From NCBI RefSeq assembly GCF_011745625.1, contig NW_027191473.1, positions 372,001-432,515 of the forward strand: a stretch of DNA of 60,515 nt, in the 5' to 3' direction. The DNA comes from Cladosporium halotolerans. Its lineage: Eukaryota. Positions within the stretch are counted from its first letter, which is position 1; each line of letters begins with the position of its first letter. Positions 46,378-56,853 of the stretch are shown piece after piece. The position numbers and the translations under genes were made by a program. Below the pieces are notes generated by a model. It made no database searches. It saw only the letters and a list, made by a program, of their open reading frames with translations, and had not been told where the DNA came from.

Positions 46378-47493
46378 TCAGGCTATTATTGCAAAGGTTG
46401 CCTTTGGCCCCGCGTACACCCGCTGGACGTTACGGAGTGAATGGACTTGCGTCCAATCACCCACGAAAGACTGGTCGCTTGGTAAGCCCAGCTGTCCATT
46501 GCTGTTGTCGCCGACCATGTACAGTTGTCCGGCGTCCGTGACGACTGCAACATGGTTTCTTCCAACGCAAGCACTGATGATATCAGCTGGCTCGGCGTCA
46601 GGACCTGCCAAGATGTCCACCAGAGCGACTTCGCCAGCCCCAGCTTCTTCAAGGCAATTGATACTGCCTTCGTCCTCTCCAGGCGTGGTAGTGCCCCAGA
46701 GATACAGCGCGCCATCTTCACTAAGCGCCGAAGCCAACCATCCAGCACCCGGACCGCACTGAATTTTCAAGATCTTCAGACCACCTAGGGCATCGACCAA
46801 GCCTGGTTTGTCTGCCGGCACAGCTTCTGGTCCTACAGTCGGTCTAGCAAGCGTGCGAAATCTTGGATCACCCCAAGTATACACCTCTCCGTCTTCCATC
46901 AGGAGAATGAAGTTTGCTGCATTCGCGAGCAGCTGCTTCGGTCGTCCGGGCAGCATGTGATGTGCGGCAGGATAGTTCTCACCATTGCTTGGATTTGCGT
47001 GCCAGTCCCTGAAGCTGGCAAGAGACACGAACTCAGCTATGTGCGTGAGACGCGCATTGGGCGCTTGCTTGAAAGAGACGGCGACCCTCTCGTTCCCAGC
47101 CAGCGCGAGATGGCTTATAGGCGGCGCTTCTGGTTCGCCGTGGCAAGTAAACACTTGCTTCTCCCCGTGAGGCTTGTTGTCTGTGAGAAAGTATACCTTT
47201 CCCTTGGAGTCTAGACAGCCGAGCAAGCCATTGTGGTCTCCGAACGGGCTGCTCAGGTCGACTCCTTCGTCGAGAGGGATTTCTGCTGAAAACTGTTGAT
47301 AACCCAGACTCGATACCTTTGAACCGTGTCTCACAGCTGTGCTGCTCCAGCTGGGATAGAGCAAGTCGTACTTATCGCCATTCGTAGCCGTCGATCGTAT
47401 CTGTAGCGGTTGAAATTCCCAAACGTCGCCCTCACGGTCGCTGAGTTGGTGGAAGGCATTAAAGCCCGCTGCCCATATGTTCGAGTCCGACAT
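46378..47493 (-). CDS. RCC1/BLIP-II beta-propeller repeat protein
   Basis: WAAGFNAFHQL, DGEVYTWGD, EDGALYLWG, GRNHVAVVTDAGQLYMVGDNSNGQLG repeats. Confidence 0.82.
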   Translation of the reverse strand: MSDSNIWAAGFNAFHQLSDREGDVWEFQPLQIRSTATNGDKYDLLYPSWSSTAVRHGSKVSSLGYQQFSAEIPLDEGVDLSSPFGDHNGLLGCLDSKGKVYFLTDNKPHGEKQVFTCHGEPEAPPISHLALAGNERVAVSFKQAPNARLTHIAEFVSLASFRDWHANPSNGENYPAAHHMLPGRPKQLLANAANFILLMEDGEVYTWGDPRFRTLARPTVGPEAVPADKPGLVDALGGLKILKIQCGPGAGWLASALSEDGALYLWGTTTPGEDEGSINCLEEAGAGEVALVDILAGPDAEPADIISACVGRNHVAVVTDAGQLYMVGDNSNGQLGLPSDQSFVGDWTQVHSLRNVQRVYAGPKATFAIIA

Positions 47494-48438
47494 GTCATTG
47501 ATATGGAGATAGTGACAACATCGTCCACGTGAGGTTTGTGTTGTTTTGGCGTGGTGTATCCTCGGCAGCCCAGCTACTGATGGCCGAGAGCCGCCCCGCG
47601 TTTTGACGTCTTCACCTCCACCTCACGGCAACATTATAGTACGATCAGGTTGAGATTGATGTTAAGGGTGAAATCGAGGAAGCCGATTGTTCCTATCGTT
47701 GGATCCGATCAAAAGACGAAATCCCGACTTGAAGGAAGGGAAAGCCATATACCTGGCGGATTCGAGAAGATCTGTCGTTGTACGACGTGGCGAACTACGG
47801 CGAACGTTAACGCGCATCATTAGATACATGTACGCCATGAATGACAATCTACTCCGCCGTCCATGATCCGGCCAATGATAGAGTGGTGCTCGAGTCAATG
47901 CCGCCTACATGAAAGTGGAAGTTGATGTGCAACGTTTGGTCGATCGAACAATAGGACCAACACTTCGTTAAGATAGACACGCGTCTAGGCAATGAGATTA
48001 GAATGTCTCCTCGACAACGCGTTCCATACTTCAAATTATGATATGAGGTTTGATGGTCAAGTTGATTCGGAGAGAGCGAACATACGATGAACATTGGCCT
48101 TCCTGAGTTGTAATTCATTGCCTGTCAACAAACCGAGCTCTGTTTGTTATGGGCGTGTTCAGGAATAGCGAATGATCGATATTCATATTGCTTGATTGAT
48201 ATAATACTTCAAAGAACGTGCCCGCAACTCCGTCTGATCGATATCTCAGAGAAAACAAATCTCGTTCGTGTATCACAAGAAGCGAGAACCACGAAATACT
48301 CCGCTTCGTGCATGAAAGTGATAAGCAAAGGTATTTGTAAAAGCACAAACTCGCAGTCGAAAGGTGACTCCACAGGGAAGAATGGCCGTACTCCAGCAGA
48401 TGTTTCAGAGATTGACCCTCCTCGTTTCTTGGTGGTAT

Positions 48439-49234
48439 CTAACACGCGCAACCCTCCTTAGGTCCAGCATCTGCATTCGCATTGAGGTTCACTCGGCTGT
48501 TGTCCTGCGCACCACTGCCCAGAGCCGCCTGTGTGGCGCCTCCTGCACCGCCTCTGGGGCCCTTCAAGCTCGTCTCGGGAATCGCGTTGGCGATGGCGGT
48601 AAAGACCTCGTTGACATTGTGTCCGCTCTTCGCGCTAGTCTCGAAGAACAGCAGGTTCTCCTCATCGGCGTAGTCCTTGCCCTCTTTCGTGCTGACCCGG
48701 CGCACCTTACCGTCCTCCTCACCCTCGCCCTCGCCTTCGCCCTCCTGTGCCTCACCTTCCTCCTCATCCTCCACAAGGTCGAGCTTGTTGCCCACCAGCG
48801 CGATCACAATGCCTGGGCTGGCTTGTCGCTGCAGCTCAGCGATCCAGTGCTTGGCCTTTACCAAACTGCTGGCCTTGGTGATGTCGTAGACGACGAGCGC
48901 GCTCTGCGCGTTGCGGTAGTACATGGGCGCCAGGCTAGCGAAGCGCTCCTGGCCCGCGGTATCCCAGATCTCGAACTTGATCGTGCGGTTGGGCAGGTTG
49001 CATTTCTGCGTCAGGAAGGCGGCGCCGATCGTGGGCTCTTTGTTCGGCTCGAAGGCGTCGTTGACGAAGCGAAGGACGAGGGAAGACTACGAGGGCACTG
49101 GTCAGTGGATGGTGCCGGGTTTGCGCTGGTGGAGGAGATAGGGGACATACTTTACCGACGGCAGCCTCGCCGAGCAGGACTAGCTTGACGCTGCTGCTAG
49201 GCTTGGGCGCGCTTGGGGCAGGTGAGTCGGACAT
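48439..49234 (-). CDS. VPS21: Rab5-family GTPase (Vps21/Ypt51-like); intron 49087-49150
   Basis: [49 protein letters not shown]-terminal CAC prenylation motif. Confidence 0.92.
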
Positions 49235-49880
49235 GGCTGGGTTTGTTGGAGGGGATGAAGGTCGATTGGCCCTAAGGCTCCTGCCGACTGCGTAGGATGA
49301 CAGCTTGGGTGGGTGGTTTTGCGGTTGAGGAAGACGGCCGTGATGTCGCGACGTAGATTATAGCAGTGCCCGCACTGTTTATAAGGCAGTGTGTGAAGAA
49401 GTGGTGGTGAATGTGGTTTGGTGTTTGTCGAGCTCTCGAGGGTTAGGTTGTCTGCCTGCGGAGTCGCCCTCAGCCAGTGACGACTCGCCCCAGCCAACGC
49501 CCGCGGACACAGCCGCGGCCTTCCAGAGGCAAGACGAGCTTTGTTCTTTGACCTCACAAACAACTGCACGCATCATTCTAGCACGTGATGTAGCATGGAA
49601 AGCATGCGACAGTGATATGATACTGTTTCGTGCCTGTAACTTGTGCTTAGGGGCGCGATATGTTTTGATCAGGTCGTCCGCTCAGCCTTACAGGCTAGTA
49701 TACCACCAACCAGGCATAACGTTCGGCCACCAGCAGCCACCAGGGAAAACAGTGGGGTATTGAGCGACACACCTTAGGCTCAGCTTGGCACTGCGCATCT
49801 AACATGAGATCCCGCCTTTCGTCTGCGGGGAGTTGTACACTTCTCACATTACCACTGTTCAGCCTTATACTCGTCCCACC

Positions 49881-51632
49881 ATGACGGAAACTGTCCCCTC
49901 CAACCTCACGTCTCGCTTGTCGAAGCTGAACCCGTTCGCGAAAGCGAAGGGCGACGAAGAAGACCTCGGCGAAACCATAGACAGCACGTCAGTCGCTGGT
50001 GGTGGCCATGCTGCTCGCAGGACTAAGCTTACATCGAAGGAGCTTCGTGTTGGTCGTGCTTTGAGGTCATTTCTGGTACAGAAGAACGTGCTGAGTGCGG
50101 CTGACGCTGATGTTGAGACCGATCAACAAACGCCGGCCTTGCAGGCATTGCTGGACAAGTCTCATCTTGACGTGCCGAGCTACGTTACTGATAGATCGCA
50201 CCCTCTACCTGAGTACTTCATCAGCTCCAGCCACAATACTTATCTCACGGCACATCAGCTCTATGGAAGCTCCACGGCTACTGCATATGAAACGGCGCTG
50301 CTCAATGGTGCCAGATGTGTCGAAATCGATGCCTGGGATGACGATGATAATCCCGATGAACCCAAGGTCACTCATGGCTACACGTTGACATCGAACCTTC
50401 CTTTCCGCGCTGTCTGTCAGACTATCAAGGAAGTCGTGGATCGTGAGGCTGCACAGCCAACAAGCGCTGAAGGCCACGCCGCCCCGATTATGCTGTCACT
50501 GGAGAACCACTGCGGGGCACATGGTCAGCTGCGACTTGCCCAGATCATGCAGGAAGTCTGGGGAGACCGTCTTTTGAGCAAATCTGTCCGTGACCATGGC
50601 CACCAGGAGCAAGCCGGCACCGGGAACCATGTAACGCTGAAGGAGCTCGGCAACAAAATCGCTGTCATGGTTGAGTATCATTTCGCTGGTGAGCCAGAAG
50701 ACAGTGATACCTCGTCGGACGAAGAAGAGGACGAAAAGACCAAGGCCGAGCAGAAGGCCTACAAGGAGAGCAAAAAGAAGGCCGCAGCATCGCCCATCAT
50801 TCCAGAGCTCGCAGAACTTGGCGTCTACGCGCAGTCCGTAAAACCTGTTGACCAATCCTGGCTGACCGGCGACCTCAAAAACGGACCTCACCACCATCTC
50901 ATCAATATGTCCGAATCCGGCGTCTCAAAGCTCCTCCCGGCATCTACCGCCGCGATCTCCCAGCACAACGCCCACCACCTCATGCGCGTTTACCCCAAAG
51001 GCACCCGCATCTTCTCCCGTAACCTCAACGCTTGCACCTACTGGGGCGTCGGCGCGCAAGTTGCCGCGCTGAACTGGCAGACCTTCGACGCCTCCATGCA
51101 GCTCAACGAAGCCCTATTCTCCGGCTCCGACGGCTACGTCCTCAAGCCCGCCGCTCTACGCGCTGGTGGTAACGGTAAGCTCAGCACCGGCCGCAAGAAG
51201 CGCCTGCGCCTGCACATCGGCGGTGCCACTCACGTGCCTACCCCGGAGGACTACGACGCAGCCGAGATGAAGCCCTACGTCACTTGCACGTTGATCCACC
51301 CGGACAACGTCGACGGCAAGCCGCCCAAGAGCAAGACGTCGGCGTACAAGCAGCACAAGCTGTCGTTCCTGCACAAGGGCGAGAACCCGCCGGTCACGGA
51401 GCCGATTTGGGACGAGGCGCTCGAGTGGGTTTACGAGGAGAATGAGCTGGTTTTCCTGAGGATCTTGATCAAGAGTGATGATGCCTGGGCCAGGAACCCG
51501 ATGTTCGCTGTTGCGGCTGTTAGGCTGTCGTATGTGGCGCAGGGGTGGGTTTTCATTCGCATGCTTGATTTGAAGGGTCGCGAGACGCATTGCTCGCTTT
51601 TGGTCAAGTTTGAGTTTGAGGATGTCGCGTGA
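49881..51632 (+). CDS. Phosphoinositide-specific phospholipase C (X-Y-C2, no obvious PH/EF-hand region)
   Basis: YFISSSHNTYL, GARCVEIDAWD, VTHGYTLTS, SLENHC, RVYPKGTR, ALNWQTFD...NEALF...GYVLKP, C-terminal C2 domain. Confidence 0.92.
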   Translation: MTETVPSNLTSRLSKLNPFAKAKGDEEDLGETIDSTSVAGGGHAARRTKLTSKELRVGRALRSFLVQKNVLSAADADVETDQQTPALQALLDKSHLDVPSYVTDRSHPLPEYFISSSHNTYLTAHQLYGSSTATAYETALLNGARCVEIDAWDDDDNPDEPKVTHGYTLTSNLPFRAVCQTIKEVVDREAAQPTSAEGHAAPIMLSLENHCGAHGQLRLAQIMQEVWGDRLLSKSVRDHGHQEQAGTGNHVTLKELGNKIAVMVEYHFAGEPEDSDTSSDEEEDEKTKAEQKAYKESKKKAAASPIIPELAELGVYAQSVKPVDQSWLTGDLKNGPHHHLINMSESGVSKLLPASTAAISQHNAHHLMRVYPKGTRIFSRNLNACTYWGVGAQVAALNWQTFDASMQLNEALFSGSDGYVLKPAALRAGGNGKLSTGRKKRLRLHIGGATHVPTPEDYDAAEMKPYVTCTLIHPDNVDGKPPKSKTSAYKQHKLSFLHKGENPPVTEPIWDEALEWVYEENELVFLRILIKSDDAWARNPMFAVAAVRLSYVAQGWVFIRMLDLKGRETHCSLLVKFEFEDVA

Positions 51633-51959
51633 GGGTTGGAGTGGGTGCTTTCATGAATTTACGATGAGATGCTGAATTTTGAGAGGAAGTATGATCAGGG
51701 ACTTCCCATTCGTGTATCAGATGCACATCGCAGACCGATTACCTGCTCGACGGAGTCGGTAGATGTACTTTCTTTGATCTAATATGACCCCATCTCATAT
51801 TTCACTGTTGATATACTCATCTCAGTGCCTTCAAACAGAGACAGGTTGGTCAAAGCGGATTCTCAGAGTGTTTGCTTAGACCTATCATCGTTGAATCGTA
51901 CTCTATGTTTTGGGGACTTCCGCAAGCCTCAAACTGGCTATAATCTTCAAGTCTATCAC

Positions 51960-53549
51960 TTACACCTTCTCCCGGAACTCACTCGCACCTACAACCCCAG
52001 CATCGCCCTTGAGATCCTCCAAGTCCCCCACGCTAAGCGCAATACTCGCGTTCCTATGCGCCTCAGTCTCCGCAGCAGGTCCATCGAACACCTCCGCAAT
52101 CTCCTCCAGACTCCTGCCCTTGGTCTCCGGGAATAAGAACCAGATGATGGCGATGAACGAGATCAAGCAGCCAATGTAGACGAAGTAGTAGCGCCACGCG
52201 ATCGCCGCCAGCGCAACGGGGTTAAGGTACTGGTTGAGCATGCCGGCGGCGAAGATGGTCGTGAGCGTGATCGACATGCCGCGCGAGCGCAGCCGGTACG
52301 GCAGGATCTCGATCGGGTACGCGAAGGAGAGCGGCGTGAAGGCGATGTCGTAGAAGCCGAAGAAGATGAATAGCATCGCGATCACGGCGCCGCCGACGAC
52401 TTTGCTGCCGTTTTTCGCGTAGGTTGCCGACAGCGCTGTGATGATCGTGAAGGCGACGAGCATCCCGGTTGCGCTGGTGAGCCAGAGTGGGCGGCGGCCA
52501 TAGCGCTCGGCGGCGGTGGCGCCTACAAGGGCCAGAATGGCGTTCCAGACTTGCAGGCCGAGGTTGATGAGGGCTTGGGAGATGGGGTCAGTGACGCCGA
52601 CGCTGGCAAGGATGGGCGCCAGGTAGTAGCTAACGATGCCGTTGCCGGCCCATTGGATCATGATACCGACGAGGAAGCAGATGAGGAGACGGTGGCGGTT
52701 TCCTGGGGTGGAGAGGAAGAGCTTCCATGTCGAATCTGAGGAGAAAGCGGCCTCGCGCTCGATGGCTTCGCAGATCTCACTGTATTCGTAGACTACAAGG
52801 GCATCTGTCTTGTCGCCATTGGCGTGGAAGCGGGCGAGGACGTCGAGAGCCTTTTCCTTCTGGCCCTTGGCAATGAGGAATCGAGGGGATTCCGGGATGA
52901 TGAAGAGACCAATAGTCTGCAGGGCGGGAAAGAGGATCTGCATCAGCACAGGCATCCTCCAACTCCAGGAGCCTTTGATGTACAGTCCTCCGAGAGTGGC
53001 AATGGCGGATACGATGGCGCCCCAGTAGAAAGCGGTCTGGAAGCAGGCTGTCACCATGCCTCGATTTCTCGGGTGGGCAGTTTCGGTTGCAAGTGCCGGA
53101 GCTGGAATCAGGATGAACGCAATGCCGACACCCAGAACGATCTTGGTGGCTAGAAAAGCCCAAGGCCCAGTTGTGAACGCTTGGACGACGCTCGTGGCAA
53201 TCATGAGAGACGTGCCAACGGCCAAGCACACCTTCCTGCCCCATTTGTCGCTCACATATCCAGCAGGGATGAGAGCGATAAGGCCACCGATGGAGATTGC
53301 CGCGATGATAAGTCCAAGAATGCTGGTGTTAACGCGGTCGACCAGATCCACTTTGAAGGCTGGGATCGTAAGCAGTCCGTTCATTAACGAGCCATCGAAG
53401 CCGTTTGCGGTAGCAGAAGAGAAGACTAGGAGGATTCCAATGTTGAGCCTGCGAAGACCGGGATCGCGGTACCAAGATGGGTGGCAGTTATTCGGCAAAG
53501 TCTTGTAGATTTCATCGCCTTTTGAGCTGCCGGCTGGTCCAGAAACCAT
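51960..53549 (-). CDS. MFS sugar porter of the lactose-permease/cellodextrin-transporter type (intronless)
   Basis: NGFDGSLMNGL, DKWGRK, ETAHPRNRG, WSWRMP, PESPRFL, QWAGNGIVSYYL, YPIEILPYRLRSRG, FPETKGRSLEEI. Confidence 0.92.
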   Translation of the reverse strand: MVSGPAGSSKGDEIYKTLPNNCHPSWYRDPGLRRLNIGILLVFSSATANGFDGSLMNGLLTIPAFKVDLVDRVNTSILGLIIAAISIGGLIALIPAGYVSDKWGRKVCLAVGTSLMIATSVVQAFTTGPWAFLATKIVLGVGIAFILIPAPALATETAHPRNRGMVTACFQTAFYWGAIVSAIATLGGLYIKGSWSWRMPVLMQILFPALQTIGLFIIPESPRFLIAKGQKEKALDVLARFHANGDKTDALVVYEYSEICEAIEREAAFSSDSTWKLFLSTPGNRHRLLICFLVGIMIQWAGNGIVSYYLAPILASVGVTDPISQALINLGLQVWNAILALVGATAAERYGRRPLWLTSATGMLVAFTIITALSATYAKNGSKVVGGAVIAMLFIFFGFYDIAFTPLSFAYPIEILPYRLRSRGMSITLTTIFAAGMLNQYLNPVALAAIAWRYYFVYIGCLISFIAIIWFLFPETKGRSLEEIAEVFDGPAAETEAHRNASIALSVGDLEDLKGDAGVVGASEFREKV

Positions 53550-54291
53550 CGTGGCGAACAGATTTGTCGAATTCTGGTGATGATGGAAGTGAAAGAGTTT
53601 GGGTCAATGGGGTCTGTGAGACCGGGGATGATGGCGCTGTCAAAAAGTCCGGCATGGTCAACGATATATATACCAAAATACCATTGTGAGGTCTAGGTAC
53701 ATTGTGTATTGCAGTAGGCGATATTCGCCGCTCTCGCAGCGGACAAGACCAAGGCACCCCAGAAAGTCGTTGGTGGAGAGAGTTTGCGCTAGCAAGCATG
53801 TGGTATTTCTGCGAGTGTTTCGCCGATGGGTGGGCTTCTCGCCGGGAATGATGTGCAATTCTGGTTCCTTGAGGCTCGGCGGGCGGCATTCCCTCGCTGC
53901 GGCTCAATACTCGGTGATTCAAGCGCTGGTATCTACCCGCAAGTCACATGGGAGACGCAGTATGGGGCTCCTCAGTGTTGGTATCCCAATGGGGCTCAGG
54001 CGGGGAGTCGCAGACACGCTGGGGTTAATTGGCTGAGCATAACATTGTGCTTGCCTTCAAATCCATTCCTGCTGGCATTCCCGGATCAACATCAACGCGC
54101 GCAGCAGGTAAGATGAATTCAGGATCGATTCTCGTAGGCTCACATATGCGAGGGCGAGCATCTCGAGAGTTGAGCTCTTGCTCTGAATCCTAATGGCTTA
54201 CGAAGAATGAGGCCAACAATGCATTTCTGAGCAGACCGAGGTATTTATGCCTCATTCGTCCATAATTGAATATATGTTCTTGAAACCCGGT

Positions 54292-56172
54292 TCAGCCGTT
54301 GGCAATCGACGCCCTTCTTGAAGGCTGCCGGATTGAACCATCATCCCGTAACAGCTGAACTCCAGCCAAATGCCTATATTTCTGCTGCTCTGCCGTACCC
54401 TCTGGGCCGCCGCCCATCTTTTTCTCAAGCGTCCGAACATAAATCTGGCGAGAATTTGGAGATGCCGACAGACTGAGGAGTAAATAACGGAGTGTTTCGT
54501 AATGGTCTGCCGGCCGAGACGCGCCAGACAGGGTGAGAGCGTCAAGCAATGAGTAAGCAATCTCGAATTGCTTCTCGAACTGCGCAAGTGAAAGTGTTAG
54601 ACGTGATCACCCTTCATCAGGTAGGTACCAGATACTCACGATGCCCAAGCCGTGGACTTGTATAGCCACTGGGGGTAGACTCTTTACGATTGCGCAAAGA
54701 GAAGATGCAATTTCGATCGGATAGTGGTAGGTAAAAGCTGGGTCTGCCGATGAAGACGAGATAAGACCGAGTCTTAGGGCAGCCTGCCAGAAAACCAAGC
54801 GCAGCCACTGCTGGGTTATTAGAACGTCTGCTCGCTGTATGTCCGATATGCCGTGAATGCCAAGATCCTGTCGCAGATGTTGCTGCAACCGAGATAGCTG
54901 AGGGAAGCCCTGGTCGATGCTTGACATAGAGGCTAGGTCATTCCATAGACGTACAAAGTCGAAATCGAGCAGAGAGAAAAGGTGATGAAGGCTGCTGAGA
55001 CCAAGGGATACAGCAGGATCTTCGCCAGGTAAAGCATCCCTGAGTAAGCTCGGAGGAGATAAAATGGTGACAGGGAAGTTGTCCAAGACACATGCTCCTC
55101 GTTCTGTGATGAACAGTATTGCATAGGCCCGCTGCTCACGGAGCCGTTTTACGTCACCCGATGGTAAGTCCGGTGCCAGTAGATGTAGACCCAGCGCATG
55201 AGCGAGAGTGATTGCTTCACGTACATAGAACCAAGACGCCTTTCGGCTTTTGAGTTCAAAATAAGTCACAGCAATGAACAAAGAACAAACCATGTCTGCA
55301 AAGGAGGCCTCTTCAATGAAGTCGACCTGCATTCGAATTTGTTGGCATTGCCGAATGTATTTGCGTGAGTGCACCGCCCGTTGCTCTGAGCTCATGTTTG
55401 GCCAGCTCTCCACGTGGACCAAGCTCATAGCACACATGGCAAAAAGCATGCATGTATTTGCCGGATCGATCTCGGAAGGAGTCACAAGACTTGATCGTAT
55501 CGCTTTTTCGTCCAGTATCGGGTAGATCGGGTATATGTGAGAAAAGAACAGGTTGATACCATGCTCAGTAATGCTGGTGACCTCAAAGGACGTAGTGAGC
55601 GGTGTCGATGGAATGGTGATTGAGTCCACGTTGGACAGTAGATTCTGCAGCTGCGCTGGCGAGCTTGTCGAGTATGCTTCGTTTCTGTAGACTCCGAACT
55701 CATCCTGTGACGATGAACCAAGTATGTTCTGCGCAAACTCGTCGAAAGTCAGGTAGTCGTCTTCCACGAGCTCTGGGTTGATCACGCTTGGTTGTGTATG
55801 ACCGTCAGAAACGGGTGTTGGCGCAGCCATCGATGTCGGTCCAGCATAGTTGGTGAATGTGGATCCAGCCTGACTTCGCGAATCTTGCTGAGGAGAAGAG
55901 CCTTGTGCTGTATCGAACTGATTCGTAGCTACTTCATCCGGCGGAAGCGATTGGGATGCACTGGCTTTACGTGATTCCGCACGCAGCTGTTCCACGACTG
56001 CACCTTGGCCCTTTTTGGGTCCTCGCTTTTTCCGAACAGAATCGAAGGTGCACACAAGGTTGTAGCTCTGACAGCGGTCGCATGGCCTAGCGTAGTTGCA
56101 TCTGACCTTGCGCCTTCGGCAAGCATCGCATGGAAAGACCGTTGATCTCCGGCCCTCTGCCGTTCGCTCCAT
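54292..56172 (-). CDS. Zn(II)2Cys6 transcription factor, AmyR/MalR/Suc1-like; intron 54580-54639
   Basis: CDACRRRKVRCNYARPCDRCQSYNLVC...KKRGPK, fungal TF middle domain, QRADVLITQQWLRLVFWQ, HGLGI|FEK. Confidence 0.9.
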
Positions 56173-56853
56173 CTCGAAAGGATGTGTAGAGCGGAGAGAG
56201 GAGAGAGGGAGCTCGGTGAAACTATTCACCAATCGCAGAAACTGGGTGCTGTCCCACTTTCTGCACCCCAATCATAACGGCCCGAAGTCTAATGCCCTCA
56301 GCGGTGATAGTCCTTGGCTTGGGGTCCATCTGCAAGGCACCAATCTGTCATTATTCAATCGTCCTCGGGCCGCGTACATTCAGATTTGCTTATCGAACAT
56401 ACGGGACAAAAAGCTGGCATGGTTGTTGCCGCGATGAAGCGAGCCCTTGCCACTCGATGTGGCGTTGAAATGAAGAAAGACGCGTTCTTTCGGCGGTCGG
56501 CTGCCGTCTGTGGCTGAGATCGACAATTGAATGAGGGGGTGGGGAACGCCAAGCAAGTCCGATCAGGCGTCCTCCAACTCGCAATCCTACCTACCTAGGT
56601 ACGTAAGGCACTCCGCCTCTGTACCTGCACACTACTGGGGACACAAGGCGGAAGCGTCTTCGCTAAAACTACGCGCGCCGCTTCCATCGCTCGCCGAATA
56701 TCTCGCCAACATGTAATGTAGCGCGCATTGCAATGATCATGATACACGCGACTATATCAATGCCATGTAGGTGCCCTAGCAAGCAACCATTCCAAACTTT
56801 CCATCTCTCTCTGCATTCTTCCAGATACGCAAGGAGGCTCCATATTGCACACC

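Noticed and set aside
47494..48438. Relatively AT-rich spacer as a possible RIP-degraded transposon
   Set aside because: No terminal repeats, target-site duplication or transposase/RT remnants recognised.
53512..53656. Out-of-frame upstream ATG ORF overlapping the transporter start
   Set aside because: The ATG lies ~10 nt from the TATA-like TATATAT element, so it is probably upstream of the transcription start.
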